Shown piece by piece: positions 12,521 to 23,935 of a stretch of 64,000 nucleotides of DNA. Under the pieces are notes generated by a model. The model saw only the letters and a list, made by a program, of their open reading frames with translations, was not told the origin of the DNA and made no database searches. Position 1 is the first letter of the stretch. Every line of letters starts with the position of its first letter. The translations under genes were made by a program, and so were the position numbers. Origin of the DNA: Podarcis filfolensis (taxonomy: Eukaryota); assembly GCA_964270895.1 (NCBI GenBank), contig OZ185439.1; one strand, given 5' to 3'.

Positions 12521-12904
12521 TGGCACTGTGGTCTAAACCACTGAGCCTCTTGGGCTTGCCGATCAGAAGGTCAGCGGTTTGAATCCTCGCTAAGGGGTGG
12601 GTGAGCTCCCATTGCTCGGTCCCTGCTCCTGCCCACCTAGCAGTTCGAAAGCACGTCAAAGTGCAAGCAGATAAATAGGTACTGCTCTGGTGGGAAGGTA
12701 AACGGCGTTTCCGTGCGCTCTGGTTTCTGTCACGGTGTCCCGCAGCACCAGAAGCAGTTTAGTCATGCTGGCCACACAACCTGGAAAGCTGTCTGTGGAC
12801 AAACGCCGTCTCCCTCGGCCTGAAAGTGAGATGAGCACTGCAACCCCAGTCGCCTTTGACTGGACTTAACCATCCAGGGGTCTCTTATCTTTACCTTACC
12901 TTTT
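12521..12904 (+). mobile_element. Sauria-type SINE
   Basis: tggcactgtggtctaaaccactgagcc...gttcgaaagcacgtcaaagtgcaagcagataaatagg...gggaaggtaaacggcgtttccgtg...(ACCTTT)-type tail. Confidence 0.92.
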
Positions 12905-13342
12905 ATACTATTTTCTGTTCCTCATAAGACTTCAAGGTACTTAAAACACCAGGCTCTCAGTGGATTGCCATTCAAACACTGACACAGCTCACAAACGATA
13001 AACTTCAACAGTGCTAAATTTGTGCTCTCTCCAAAGAACAAGGAATTTTGCATTTTTGGTTAATTTTTGTTCTTTATAAATGACCCAATATTTAACATTA
13101 AAAAAAAAGAACATTCATGCTCTGTGGCTTGGAATCAAGCCAAGTATAGTCATTGATTGTGCGGTGGGGGGGAGGGAGTGTTTTTGTGTTTTTTTAAACC
13201 AACCCCAAATGGTAAGCTAAATGATCAGAAATGAAACCCAAGAGTTTTTTTTTTTTTTGCACTAACATTTATTTTTCAGGTTTCTGTGACTAACACTACA
13301 ACTCAAGGCTGACGAGGTTGCAAAGAGCTCTTTAGAGCTATT

Positions 13343-13432
13343 CATAGCTGTCAACGTTTCCCTTTTTTAAAGGAAAATTCCCTTATTCTGAATAGGATTC
13401 CTCGCAAGAAAAGGGAAAAGTTGACAGCTATG
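13343..13432. mobile_element. 90-bp fold-back MITE-like element
   Basis: 24-bp TIR with 23/24 match: CATAGCTGTCAACGTTTCCCTTTT / AAAAGGGAAAAGTTGACAGCTATG. Confidence 0.75.
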
Positions 13433-13438
13433 GAATTA

Positions 13439-13664
13439 CAGTGGTACCTCGGGTTACATATGCTTCAGGTTACAGACTCTGCTAACCCAGAAATATTACC
13501 TCGGGTTAAGAACTTTGCTTCAGGATGAGAACAGAAATTGTGCTCCGGCGGTGTGGCAGCAGCAGGAGGCCCCATTAGCTAAAGTGGTGCTTCAGGTTAA
13601 GAACAGTTTCAGGTTAAGAATGGACCTCCAGAATGAATTAAGTACTTAACCCGAGGTACCACTG
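13439..13664. mobile_element. Tc1/mariner-type MITE (CAGTGGTACCTCGGGTTA family), copy 1
   Basis: TA|CAGTGGTACCTCGGGTTA...TAACCCGAGGTACCACTG|TA, with TA TSD. Confidence 0.93.
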
Positions 13665-15060
13665 TATTGTGATGCATGAAATCCTATCCTGCCTTTTTAG
13701 CTCAGCATTTGTTTCCCCCTCTTGGAAAACATCTAGTGACACCTACAGACAACCCATGGAATAGCAGCATGCTAGCAGCATCCCTAGGAGAATGTTGTGG
13801 GTTTGGACTCACCTCAGGCGCTTTAGTGTGCTGGGCCCCCCAGTATTGAGGTTACATGTCCCCACGGCACACTTCACCTCTGCCCATGCAAGCCAGAGGC
13901 CAGATTGGTCTTTCAGTGCTAGCTGCTTATAGTCATTATGGTGGACGACCTAGGCCTGAACTTTGGTCTTTGAAACCAGCAGTATCTGCCAGATCTCTTT
14001 GTGGCTACAGGATGGAACCATTAGCACACATTTAAGTAAACCCACAATGAAGTGTGTGGTGAATATACGGGGAACCAAACAATAAGATAAGGAGATTGAT
14101 GATTTCTAAACAATTCTAATTCGCCACAGGCAAATCTGCTTCCAACAATATATTTCAGAATCAGCAGAATTTCATTCTACATTTCCCACTATTTTTGCTT
14201 TCCAGCATTATTCTAAATCACAGGAAAAGGACAGCATGGGGCGTATTTAGAAATATGGTATGGGGATTCCCAGAAGCATCTGCATTGCATGGTCCCATCA
14301 CCAAAGTCTGACTACACGGGCAAAGGAAGAGAGGAGATTTGTTTAAAAGCAGAATCATTTGAGCTATTTCACAGTTGCAGTGAGGATTACTGCCCATTAC
14401 TCTGGGAGTTAATCACTATATACGGGGGGGGGGGGGTAGGGGGTGGGGGGGGGAGAGGTGGACAGAAGCTGCCCCATAAGCTATACATTTTATAGTTGTG
14501 TTTTTAAAAATTGTATCATGTTCTCGCAATGCTGTCAAGGCAGTTTTATTTTCCCAAAAATATTGCCCAATCTTAGGCCTCCATAAGCAGTACACCATTT
14601 GACCTGGAAGAAAGCCCTCTCTTTCATTCTATGGCCTGATTCTCATTGGAGTGGCAAACAGGATTTGTGGCCATACAGCTTCAGAATGCACGACTGAATG
14701 TTCCTGTATGCAGAAAAAAAGAGAAATTCCTTCACATACAAATCTAGCATGTGAGGGGGGATGATAGATAGCCTATAACACTAAGCTTTGGTGTCTAGCT
14801 TTATATGCAGATTGATTTGTTATTTTTTTATTGGGAAGCTGAGATTCAAGTATGTCTGACATGCTACACCCCAGACCCAGGTTGATTCCCGCAAGTAGAA
14901 TTAAGTGCGTAGGGCTAGTCAGCAGTTGCTCTGTGGTGAGGAAAAGACATCAGTCTTCCAGGTAATTCACTATGTAATATAATATTTGTATCTGTTTCCT
15001 GAAAGTGAGAGTGTGGCTGCAGATGTGGGGAGACCTGCACCCATGCTTCATCCTTGGGGG

Positions 15061-15215
15061 CATGGGCATAGCCAAGGGGGGGGCAGGAAGGGGCAGCTGC
15101 CCCCCCAAATTAATTAAAATATATAGCTAACTGAAGTTCTGCACCCCTAACAAAAGGTCTGCTCCCCCCAACAAAAGGCCTGCCCCCCCTAACAAAAATC
15201 CTGGCTACGCCCATG
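15061..15215. mobile_element. hAT-superfamily MITE, 155 bp
   Basis: 14-bp TIR CATGGGCATAGCCA/TGGCTACGCCCATG (13/14). Perfect 8-bp TSD CTTGGGGG at 15053-15060 and 15216-15223. Three internal ~20-bp repeats (gcccccctaacaaaagg). Confidence 0.92.
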
Positions 15216-15614
15216 CTTGGGGGTTTCCCGGACTGAAGACTCTTTTGCTTTTTTCCAAATACCTGATAAGACATACTCTCGATTTACCTGTGGAATGAAG
15301 GAAAGGGGGCTGCAGTCAAGGAACATGGAACACCCCACTTCAGAACACATTGAGATGGGAGGGGTTCTGCATACCCCAACGAGGGATTTTCAAAGTTAGC
15401 CTGGAGCCAATGGACTTTGGCTCGCTCTGCCCTGCTTATTAGGCTGTGCCAGCTCTGCTGCGTAAAACTCTGCCACTGAGCTATGATTCCTCCTTCGTTT
15501 CATGGGCCAGTAGGTTACAAGTCAAGATACGCTTGGCTTCTCTGCTTTCCTTTCCTTTCCTCCTTATGGAATGGTTGCTAATCCTCCTCCCTTGTCTTTT
15601 CACTTTTCTTGCAG

Positions 15615-15969
15615 TCGTTGCGACCGCTTGCCTTGTCACGAAAATATGGAATGCCAGAGCCTGCCCTTGAGAATAACTTCTTATCACCTCTCTTTTCCTA
15701 CCAACATTCAAGTTCCCATTGACATTTTCCGCATGGGCCCCACCAGTGCTGTCCCGGGGGATAAAATTCAGCTCTCCATCATCAGCGGGAATGAGGAGGG
15801 CTTTTTCACCACAAAAAAAGTCAGCAGCCACAGCCACGTGGTGTCAATGCAGAAGCCGATCACAGAGCCCAGAGATCTTCTTCTGACGATTCAGATGCAG
15901 CTCTTCCGCCACGGAACTGTCACCACCTTCATAGCCAAGCTGTTTGTCTTTGTCTCTGCGCAGCTTTGA
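15615..15969 (+). CDS. FBLN1: Fibulin-1 isoform C terminal exon (fibulin-type C-terminal domain III)
   Basis: Long pyrimidine tract, then ttgcag|T CGT TGC; phase 2 joins exon 14. RCDRLPCHENMECQSLPLRITSYHLSFPTNIQVP...GNEEGFFTTKK...FIAKLFVFVSAQL*, homologous to the human 1C tail RCERLPCHEN...KLFIFVSAEL. Confidence 0.96.
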
Positions 15970-16056
15970 TTCCTTGCATGCTGGCACCCCTTGCAGTTTC
16001 TCCCCCGCTCCCTTTCTCTCTTTTTTGACACTGGTTCCCTTCTTACCATTTAAAAA

Positions 16057-16062
16057 AATAAA
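16057..16062 (+). terminator. Polyadenylation signal for FBLN1 isoform C
   Basis: AATAAA 87 nt after the C stop codon, followed by GU/U-rich downstream sequence (gtttgagtgg...catttgcattttatttgtc). Confidence 0.65.
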
Positions 16063-19000
16063 GTTTGAGTGGTAAATCACTTCCTGCATGCTGTGCATTT
16101 GCATTTTATTTGTCACCACTCATTTTGCCATAGCATTTTAAACATTCCAGTTTTCCTGTTTACTTCTCATTTTGATGAGCTCTGCCTATACGTCAGCTTT
16201 TGCTGATAGATGCTGAAGACAGGGATAGGCAGCAAGCAGTTGGGGTGGCGTCAGGGGTGGGGGGCAGATCCTGCGTGCCCAACTCCCTGCACATCCCCTT
16301 TTAGTGGGGCACTTTAGCTGCTTTCTGCTGTAACAGCCAAGCCACAAGCAAAGGGCTATTTCATTCTCCACCAGCAGCGTAGTCTGGTTTTCTGGCACAT
16401 GTGTGCCAGGGGGGTGGGGCAGGGGGTATGGGTGGGTGAACGGAGTCCGCCACGCCGGGTGAGGCAAAGCGAGGGTGAGACCAGGACTGAACTGTGCATG
16501 ACTTGCATCCTTCTCACACTGCCCTGCCAGCCCTGCACCGCTTTGGGAGGCTGGGATCGCAGTCATTCGGATCAGATTCCAGCCTTGCAAAGCGCTGCAG
16601 GGCTGGCAGGATGGCAAGAGGAGCCAAATGCGCAGTGCCCCCTTAAAAAGGTGCCTGGGTCCATTGCCCTGGCAGCCCCCCCACTTTGCCCCTGTTCTCC
16701 ATGCCCCCATGGGAAAAGCAACTATTCTCTTGTATTTAACCACTTCAGCACCAACGAAGACATAGGCAAAGAGCTCTTAGCCACCCTGTTCCTCAGCCAG
16801 TTTCCCAAGAGACAGACAAAGGAGATTGAGTAGCTAGGGCATGGGGGGGCTTGCATGCTCTCTTTCTCTCTCTGTGTGTGTAAACTTTACCAGTGTCTCA
16901 TCCTGGGTGGGAGGATGCCAGTTGGCAAATCCAGCATTGCTGACCTTTCAGTCTTTACTAAGCTGAAAATGAGTTGTTGACTTTGACTGTAAGTCAGGAC
17001 TGGAGAAGTTCAGAAGTGTGTGTCATTTCTAGATTGAGTGGACTTGTTAAGCGCACCCCATAAATAACAATTAGGGATCTATTTTCACAGAAAGAATCAG
17101 GTGTGGGAACTATAGTTAAAATGCCGTAGGGCAATCCAGAGTTCATCATGGCTCATACAGGAGTGTTAAAGGCTTCCACGGACTTTTGTTCTGTATGAAG
17201 TAACTGGGCTTTCTCTGCTGCCCCAGTTACACTCTTGGGGGCAGCCGATGAGCCTGATCTTCACAGAGACTATTCGGGTGCTTGGTGAACTCTCCCAAAG
17301 TAGTCAAAATCTGTTCCTGAATTTTTTTAAGTCCCCTTTAAATCCTATGGCTGACATTGCCTAAGGTGAAATGCTAAAGTCTGATTGGAATCCACCTTCA
17401 AGCAGAACATATCGTTTCCTATTTATAATTACCACAACATAAGGAAAAAACTATGCAGAAGCTTTGTTGGAATCAAAGTGATTCATGCAGGGCACAGGTG
17501 TGACGGTAAACTTTCCTGAATATTCTGCACATTTCTTAAGAGAACTTTTTTGCCAGGGATAACGCACCCAGCTTTTATCATTTATGCATAATATTTAACT
17601 TACTGGCAATTCTTGGACCTTTTGCACACCTCGCTATGCCCCATCAAATGTAACCATTCATCTAGCAAGTGCTTCAAAGCATGTCCAATGGGTTGGCACT
17701 GTTCGATTTATGTCTGCACACATCCAAATCCACTAATGTTTTAGGACTTGTAGTAGTATTTGCATGGCATTCTGTTAAGGAGGTCTGATGTACAGAGCAC
17801 AAGTTCTTGGCACATCCTTAAAGGGGGATGTTTTCCATATTTCCACAGGCTAGATCCTACAAAATTATGTGCACTATGGTCAGGATATCCCATGTGCCAA
17901 AGAAATCAAAGCTATATAGTGAGAGAGAACATCATGTAGTTCAATGACATATACTCTTTGAATGATGTTAACTGGACTGCAGTTTTTGAGTTTTCACCAT
18001 ACTGCCCTGAAAACCTTTCAGTTATAAATGCTATTGTTAAACAATTCCCATTAACTTTAGTACATCCTGTATGTATCTCCAGGCTGCTTTGACAGAGCCA
18101 TGTAGATGTCTCAGCTAAATTCAAACACTTCTGTTACTTGGGCCAAATCAGGACCGTACATTAAACTGGACATCTTCAGTGTGGACCAAGAGGACTACTT
18201 CGGCCAAAGTTCGGAAGAAAAGTTCTATCAAAGTATCCTGAAAAGTATTGAAAAGCATAAGAGAATGAAGTTGGATGTACATCTCTGTGAAGTGCATCCA
18301 CAATTCAGAGGAGAGCAGACCTCTCAGCACAATTCAGAGGAGAGCAGAAATGACCACTTTGCAAATGCTACATAATGTTTATTCTCCACTTAATCCTTCA
18401 GTGTGGCGGCACCTGCACTGTGAAACTCTCTGCTAATTGATCTTAAGCAGGTGCCTTCACTGTATTTCCCCGCCCCCCCCCAGCACTTGGCAGAATTTTT
18501 GTTTGTTTAGGCAAGTCTACCCAGACATGCAAATTTGGCATGTATTTTAATGTGTAGTTTTTTTTCCATAATTTTATTTTTTACTTCTATATTTTGAAAT
18601 ATTTTAGGTCAGCTTGTTTTCAACATATGAGTTGACTGATAATTTTTAAGTATATTTCATATAAACTGCTTAGAGGTTTTGATGATTAAGTAGCATATAA
18701 ATCCTGTTAAATAAATATTACATATCTATGTGCATCACAGAGACTCTGCCCTCTGATCCCGTGAGCAGCCAGAAACATGCCAGGGAGGTAAACTGCTGCC
18801 TCAGCACCAGCCTGGCTGCTTCTGTTTCTCTTCTGTTCCAGCTCCCACCTTGCTGGCAACGGTCCAGAGAGCGGCTGCGAATCATAGACAGGATTGCAAG
18901 CCAAAGAGTTTGGGTGGAAGAAAAAAGAGGGGGGCTTGCCTGGCCTCGTTCTTGTGCTGCTTCTGCTTCACTGTTGCTGCCTGCTGCCCTTTGCTTCCCA

Positions 19001-20257
19001 CCATATTTATGGGATTTCATGGGATGCATATGTTGTATGATGCCAGATAATCCTCAGGCACATGGCACCACATCTCACAAACTCTCAATATTCTCTCCCT
19101 CCTTCCCTTTCCCCCCCTCTCTCACACACCCTAAATAATTCCTCTCCGCCTACTTTTTTAGTTGTATGCATAAACATTTTTAGCCATTGCAACAGATGCA
19201 TCTGCAAACATGTCTAGCATACTTGTCAGGCAGCCAGAGCTGGCCAAAGCTCATTGGTGACTGCACAGTCCTTTGCAAATACAGGCCCTTTAGCTCCAAG
19301 GACAATGTGCATCCATGGATATGTGGTCACAGGTTCATTGCGCGGTCAACTGTACACGATGCCTCAGCAAGCCAGTAGCAAAAACTAAAGCTTAGATTGG
19401 CTTCAAAATCTTTAAACGAAGCCTTATTTGAGCTACAAAATGAGGAACGCAAGACTTTGGCCCAGTGCCTTGCAAAATTCTGCTGCATTCTAGTATATTA
19501 CTGAGTGCATATATTAATCTAGTTGCCTTTAAAAACATACTGCAGTCCAGATTAAATCATATTAGATGGATAATTCTATGTTGCATCTAACTGGAACATT
19601 TAAATAGACATAATTATATAGCACCATTGGGGGGCCTGTCTGGATGAGAATGAAAACATGATTCCTTGCTTGAAAGATTTAACAAATTAAATGGAAAAGA
19701 TACCCCCCCCCAAAGTAGCAAGCAGAAGTTTAGAACAGGAAAGAAAAATATTGGAATGTGCCATGTTCCAAAATAGAAAATATTAAAATCAAGATTGGAC
19801 CATGCTTTAGAGGAAGAAGCACAAGGCCCATTTGTACATTGCTGGAGTAGAAGAAGAAGCCTGTCTGCATAACTGGATCTCATCTGTAAGGAGGTGCCAA
19901 GTGGCTGAGGTGTGTGAAGTGGTTCCTTATTATTTTAATTGTCATTTTGCAGTTTGTTTTAAAATGCTTTCATGCCATATTCCACTTGGGGAAGGCAGCA
20001 TAGAAGTCTCTTAAGCAATCCTCACGGGGAGAATCTTTTCTCCTTCTCTAAAAATAGCAGGTAATCCAAAGAAGCTGAATATATAGGAAAAATCAAGGCA
20101 AACAAAGGGAGCCCCCCCCTGCCCAGTGCATGGACTGGAATGTGCTGCCACTGATTTAAAAGGGAGGGAGACAGAAGCATGGAGTAAAGCCTATCTGCGG
20201 CTGCGCTGGAGGCAGGGGGCCTCCAATTGGTGTGGAACATGTGAGGACATTCATGTA

Positions 20258-20495
20258 CAGTGAATGTTATGAACTTAATTTGTTCTGGAGGTCCGTTCTT
20301 AACCTGAAACTGTTCTTAATGAGAGGTGTGCTTTTGCTAATGGGGCCTCTTGCTGCTGCTGCTGCGCCACTGGCACATGATTTCCGTTCTCATCCTGGGG
20401 CAAAGTTCTCACCTTGAGGTAACTCTTCCAGATTAGCGGAGTTTGTAACGTGAAGTGTTTGTAACCTGAGGCGTTTGTAACTCGAGGTACCACTG
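20258..20495. mobile_element. Tc1/mariner-type MITE, copy 2 (older, degenerate left TIR)
   Basis: TA|CAGTG...aacttaatttgttctggaggtccgttcttaacctgaaac...taactcgaggtaccactg|TA. Confidence 0.85.
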
Positions 20496-20516
20496 TATTG
20501 CAAATGGGTTTTGCAC

Positions 20517-20610
20517 AGGCATCTGGCTTGGCCGCTGTGAGACCAGGATGCCGGACTAAAGGGGCCATTGCCTGATCCAGCAGCCAGGCTCTTACGTTCT
20601 TACGTGCTTA
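20517..20610 (+). mobile_element. CR1 3' end fragment
   Basis: ggcatctggcttggccgctgtgagaccaggatgccggactaaagggg...ctgatccagcag...cttacgttcttacg tail. Confidence 0.7.
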
Positions 20611-22612
20611 CACCAGGCCTGGCCAGCGCAGAGGCTGAAGATTGCCTGCATACAGGGGCTGATGTGGCATATCCTTTTCCCTTTCTGGTCCAAAAGGAAG
20701 GGCTAAAGTTAGCAGCCTCATACGCTACACCATTTCACTAGCTTGGGCTCTGGCTTCTCCACACGAGGCTCCCTCAACCCTTGTTTCTTCCATATAGTGA
20801 TGCTGCATACCCTCCAACACTCCTCAGATGAAAAGAGGGACATTTCTCCCTCCCTCCCTCCCACTGACCCGCCTCAACCCCCCCATTGTTTGTGCCCCCC
20901 TGCAGAGCATTTCCACCACCACTACGGCAACGGTTTTATTTTATTCTTTGGTAAATTTACAAAAAAGAAAAACACACACTAATAAATACATTTTAGAAAG
21001 GGGCAAAATTAGGTGCAGATGCACAAAGCATTTTTTTAAGCAAGACTCCTTGTGCTCTGCTCCCCCTTACTCCCTGCCCTCTGCCTGCAGCAGCTTCTCC
21101 CGTCCTCCTCTCCCGCTTTCCAGCAGATGCCCAAGGGAGAGGAAACAGTCACATCCTGGGATTAAATCAAAAGCCAGGATGGCTTTTGTAATTCCAGAAC
21201 ACTTGGAGGGTATGGTACTGCCACCTTCTATTTGTTTCTTGCAAACCCAGTTCAAGCTATACTGGATTTATTTATTTTTGGCTGCCAACTGGATTTGGCT
21301 TGTTCAGATCTGAGCAAGTGTTGAGCAGTTGACTGCAAAACTTGCTCAATATAGCATAAAACCGTTGGGGGGGTTGGGAGTGGATGTGCCTTGAATTCAG
21401 TTTAAAAATTGTTAATGAGAATCCACCCTAAGTAGTTTTTTGGACAAATTGGCTTTAGGTTATGGATGAATAATGCTGGCAACATTTAAAAAAAGATCTG
21501 TTCTGATGGTGCGGGTGTGGGAATGGAAATTTAAATGAAATGGTTGCATATTAGTCATGCAGCCAATCCATTCTTCTTGGCTCCCTGCTAACACCTGCTC
21601 AGTTGTAATATTCTTATGCTACCCACAACATTACCTGGAAAGAGTTCAACTTGTATACAAAGGAGTTAGATAAAATCTGCAACTAAAACCCCAGAGCAAC
21701 CTCAGAAGCCCCCACCCCTTCCCGGTAAAAGCACAATTTCATTTCACATCTTCAGCTTGTTTCCAACTCCAACCTTTCCCCCAAACTTTAGTTATGGATC
21801 CTTTGAAGAAATTATTGCTTCCTGCTGGTATTCAGCCATGACCATTTTTTTCAGCTTCAATAAATAACAAGATGCTATCTTACTCTCATCTTGCCCCTGG
21901 TCCAAGGATGACTGTTGCCAAGTCCAAAACACTGAAACTGTTCTGAGCAGAAAAAGTAGGAAAATTGTTTCAGTCGATTTTTGTTTTTGTTCCATAATTA
22001 GACAGTTCTATACATAGCTTTATTCTATTTATATTTTATAGTTCACCTTCTCCCAAGGGATCAGGGAGTTATGATAGCATAAAGTGTCAAAAGAGTTCCC
22101 AGTCCAAAAACTCATTACTTGAACATAGCAAAGCCGATCACCTCTCCCTTGGTCTTCACCAAACTGCAGATCTTCATAAACCGTCCAGTCCTACTGGTGG
22201 AAGTTGCCAACTTCAGATTTCAAAAATTCTGCTACGCAGGCAGGACAAAGGTGGGGCCCACATCAGGTCAAAGCCTGGATTCTGGTGCAGGGTGAAGCTG
22301 TCCAGGTGGTCATTGGACTTGACTGTCCAGGGCAATTTCTTTAAACAATTTTTGTGACTTGTAGCTTTTCTGACCCAGTGGTAGTTGGATCTACCCAAGT
22401 TGCCTTTAGAATTAGTCCAGTGTAAGATGGATGCCCGAAACACAGATCAAACCCCAGAGGCTAGGAAAAATATACATACGCGTAGTATTTCACAGTGAGA
22501 TCAGGATCTAAAATAAGAATTTCCATCTTTACTGCACCTTGCTTGTTTGATCTTTGCAATGCGACACAACTGAATTTATGTTCCATATTTGTCTTTCCCT
22601 TCTCTTCCTCAG

Positions 22613-22755
22613 AGTCAGACATGAGAAGACAGATACTGTTCGCTGCATTAAGTCCTGCCGACCGAATGACGTCAACTGCATGTTAGATCCAGTTCACACC
22701 ATTTCCCACACAGTCATTTCACTGCCCACATTCAGGGATTTCACGAGGCCTGAAG
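22613..22755 (+). CDS. FBLN1: Fibulin-1 isoform D exon 15
   Basis: cttcctcag|A GTC...GAAG|gtaaac, 143 nt, phase 2/1. [47 protein letters not shown]. Confidence 0.97.
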
Positions 22756-23281
22756 GTAAACGCTTTTCCTCACTCTGCAGAAGTAGCCTATGGTATAAAC
22801 ATCCCAGAAGCTCCACCTACAGAAAGAATTGCTAAGAGCCGAACGCATAGCAAGGCTGAGAAGGTCTTGTCATCTGGGCAGCCCAGGACCTCCAGACCCA
22901 TTGCTAGGTCCCCGTCCCCCCCAATGTCCACGCTGCTGGAACGTAGCACAGCAGTCATATAGCAGGGGACCTATGCCTAAATTGCTTCCTTTTATGGTTT
23001 TATTTTATTTCAGGCATTAATATACTGTACTCCTTTTCAGGCCAACTTCAAAAAGCGATTTACATAATATTATTACAATAAGTATCAATGAAATGGAAAA
23101 ATGTTGTTGTAGTTGTTCAAAAAATGAAGTTGTTGTTTTACAAAAAACACAATAAAATTGAAAAGACAATGAAGAGGCTGTAATGGCTTTTTCTCTCCTC
23201 CCCTCAGGGCAAGATGGTTCTGCAGAGTTGCAGATGATGGGAGGGAAGGAATTAATTAACACACCTGTGCAGGTTCTAGGC

Positions 23282-23531
23282 CAGGGGTAGGCAACCTAAG
23301 GCCCGGGGGCCGGATGTGGCCCAATCACCTTCTCAGTCCAGCCCACGGATGGTCCGGGAATCAGCATGTTTTTACATGAGTAGAATGTGTGCTTTTATTT
23401 AAAATGCACCTCTGGGTTATTTGTGGGGTGTAGGATTTCGTTCATTCCCCCCCAAAAAATATAGTCCGGCTCCCCTCAAGGTTTGAGGGACGGTGGAGCG
23501 ACCCACGGCTGAAAAAGGTTGCTGAGCCCTG
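23282..23531 (+). mobile_element. hAT/Charlie-like MITE
   Basis: CAGGGGTAGGCAAC...GTTGCTGAGCCCTG termini. 8-bp TSD TTCTAGGC/TTCCAGGC (7/8). A second copy lies in reverse at 52669. Confidence 0.88.
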
Positions 23532-23803
23532 TTCCAGGCTGCAGGATGAGGGTCTGTCATTCCAGGGTCTTAGTACTCCTCTTGCAGTATTAAGTCACTG
23601 GCAAATGGAGCTCCTGCCCTTCCACCCCAGCAAGACTTTTCAGTAAGTCTCATGAAGGAGAAGACAACCTGAAGTATAATCTTGCTTTCTTATTTCTCTG
23701 CTTTAACTTTTCTGATTTGCAATTGCTGAACAGGTTGCACTGCACTGATTTAAATGTTTAATTGTTGCCATTTTTAGCTTACTTCCGGTATCTTTCCCCT
23801 CAG

Positions 23804-23935
23804 AGATTATTTTCCTTCGTGCCATCACGCCAGCATACCCAGGCAACCAGGCAGACATCATATTTGACATCACCGAAGGAAATCTGCGGGATTCCTTTGA
23901 CATCATCAAGCGCTACATGGATGGCATCACTGTGG
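23804..23935 (+). CDS. FBLN1: Fibulin-1 isoform D exon 16
   Basis: ccctcag|AG...GTGG|gtgagg, 132 nt. [44 protein letters not shown]. Confidence 0.97.

Noticed and set aside
16186-16833. 185-aa (-) and 144-aa (+) ORFs downstream of the C exon
   Set aside because: GC-rich, low-information translations with no homology I recognise.
18106-18375. 89-aa ORF in the C-to-D intron
   Set aside because: No homology recognised; partly generated by a local duplication.
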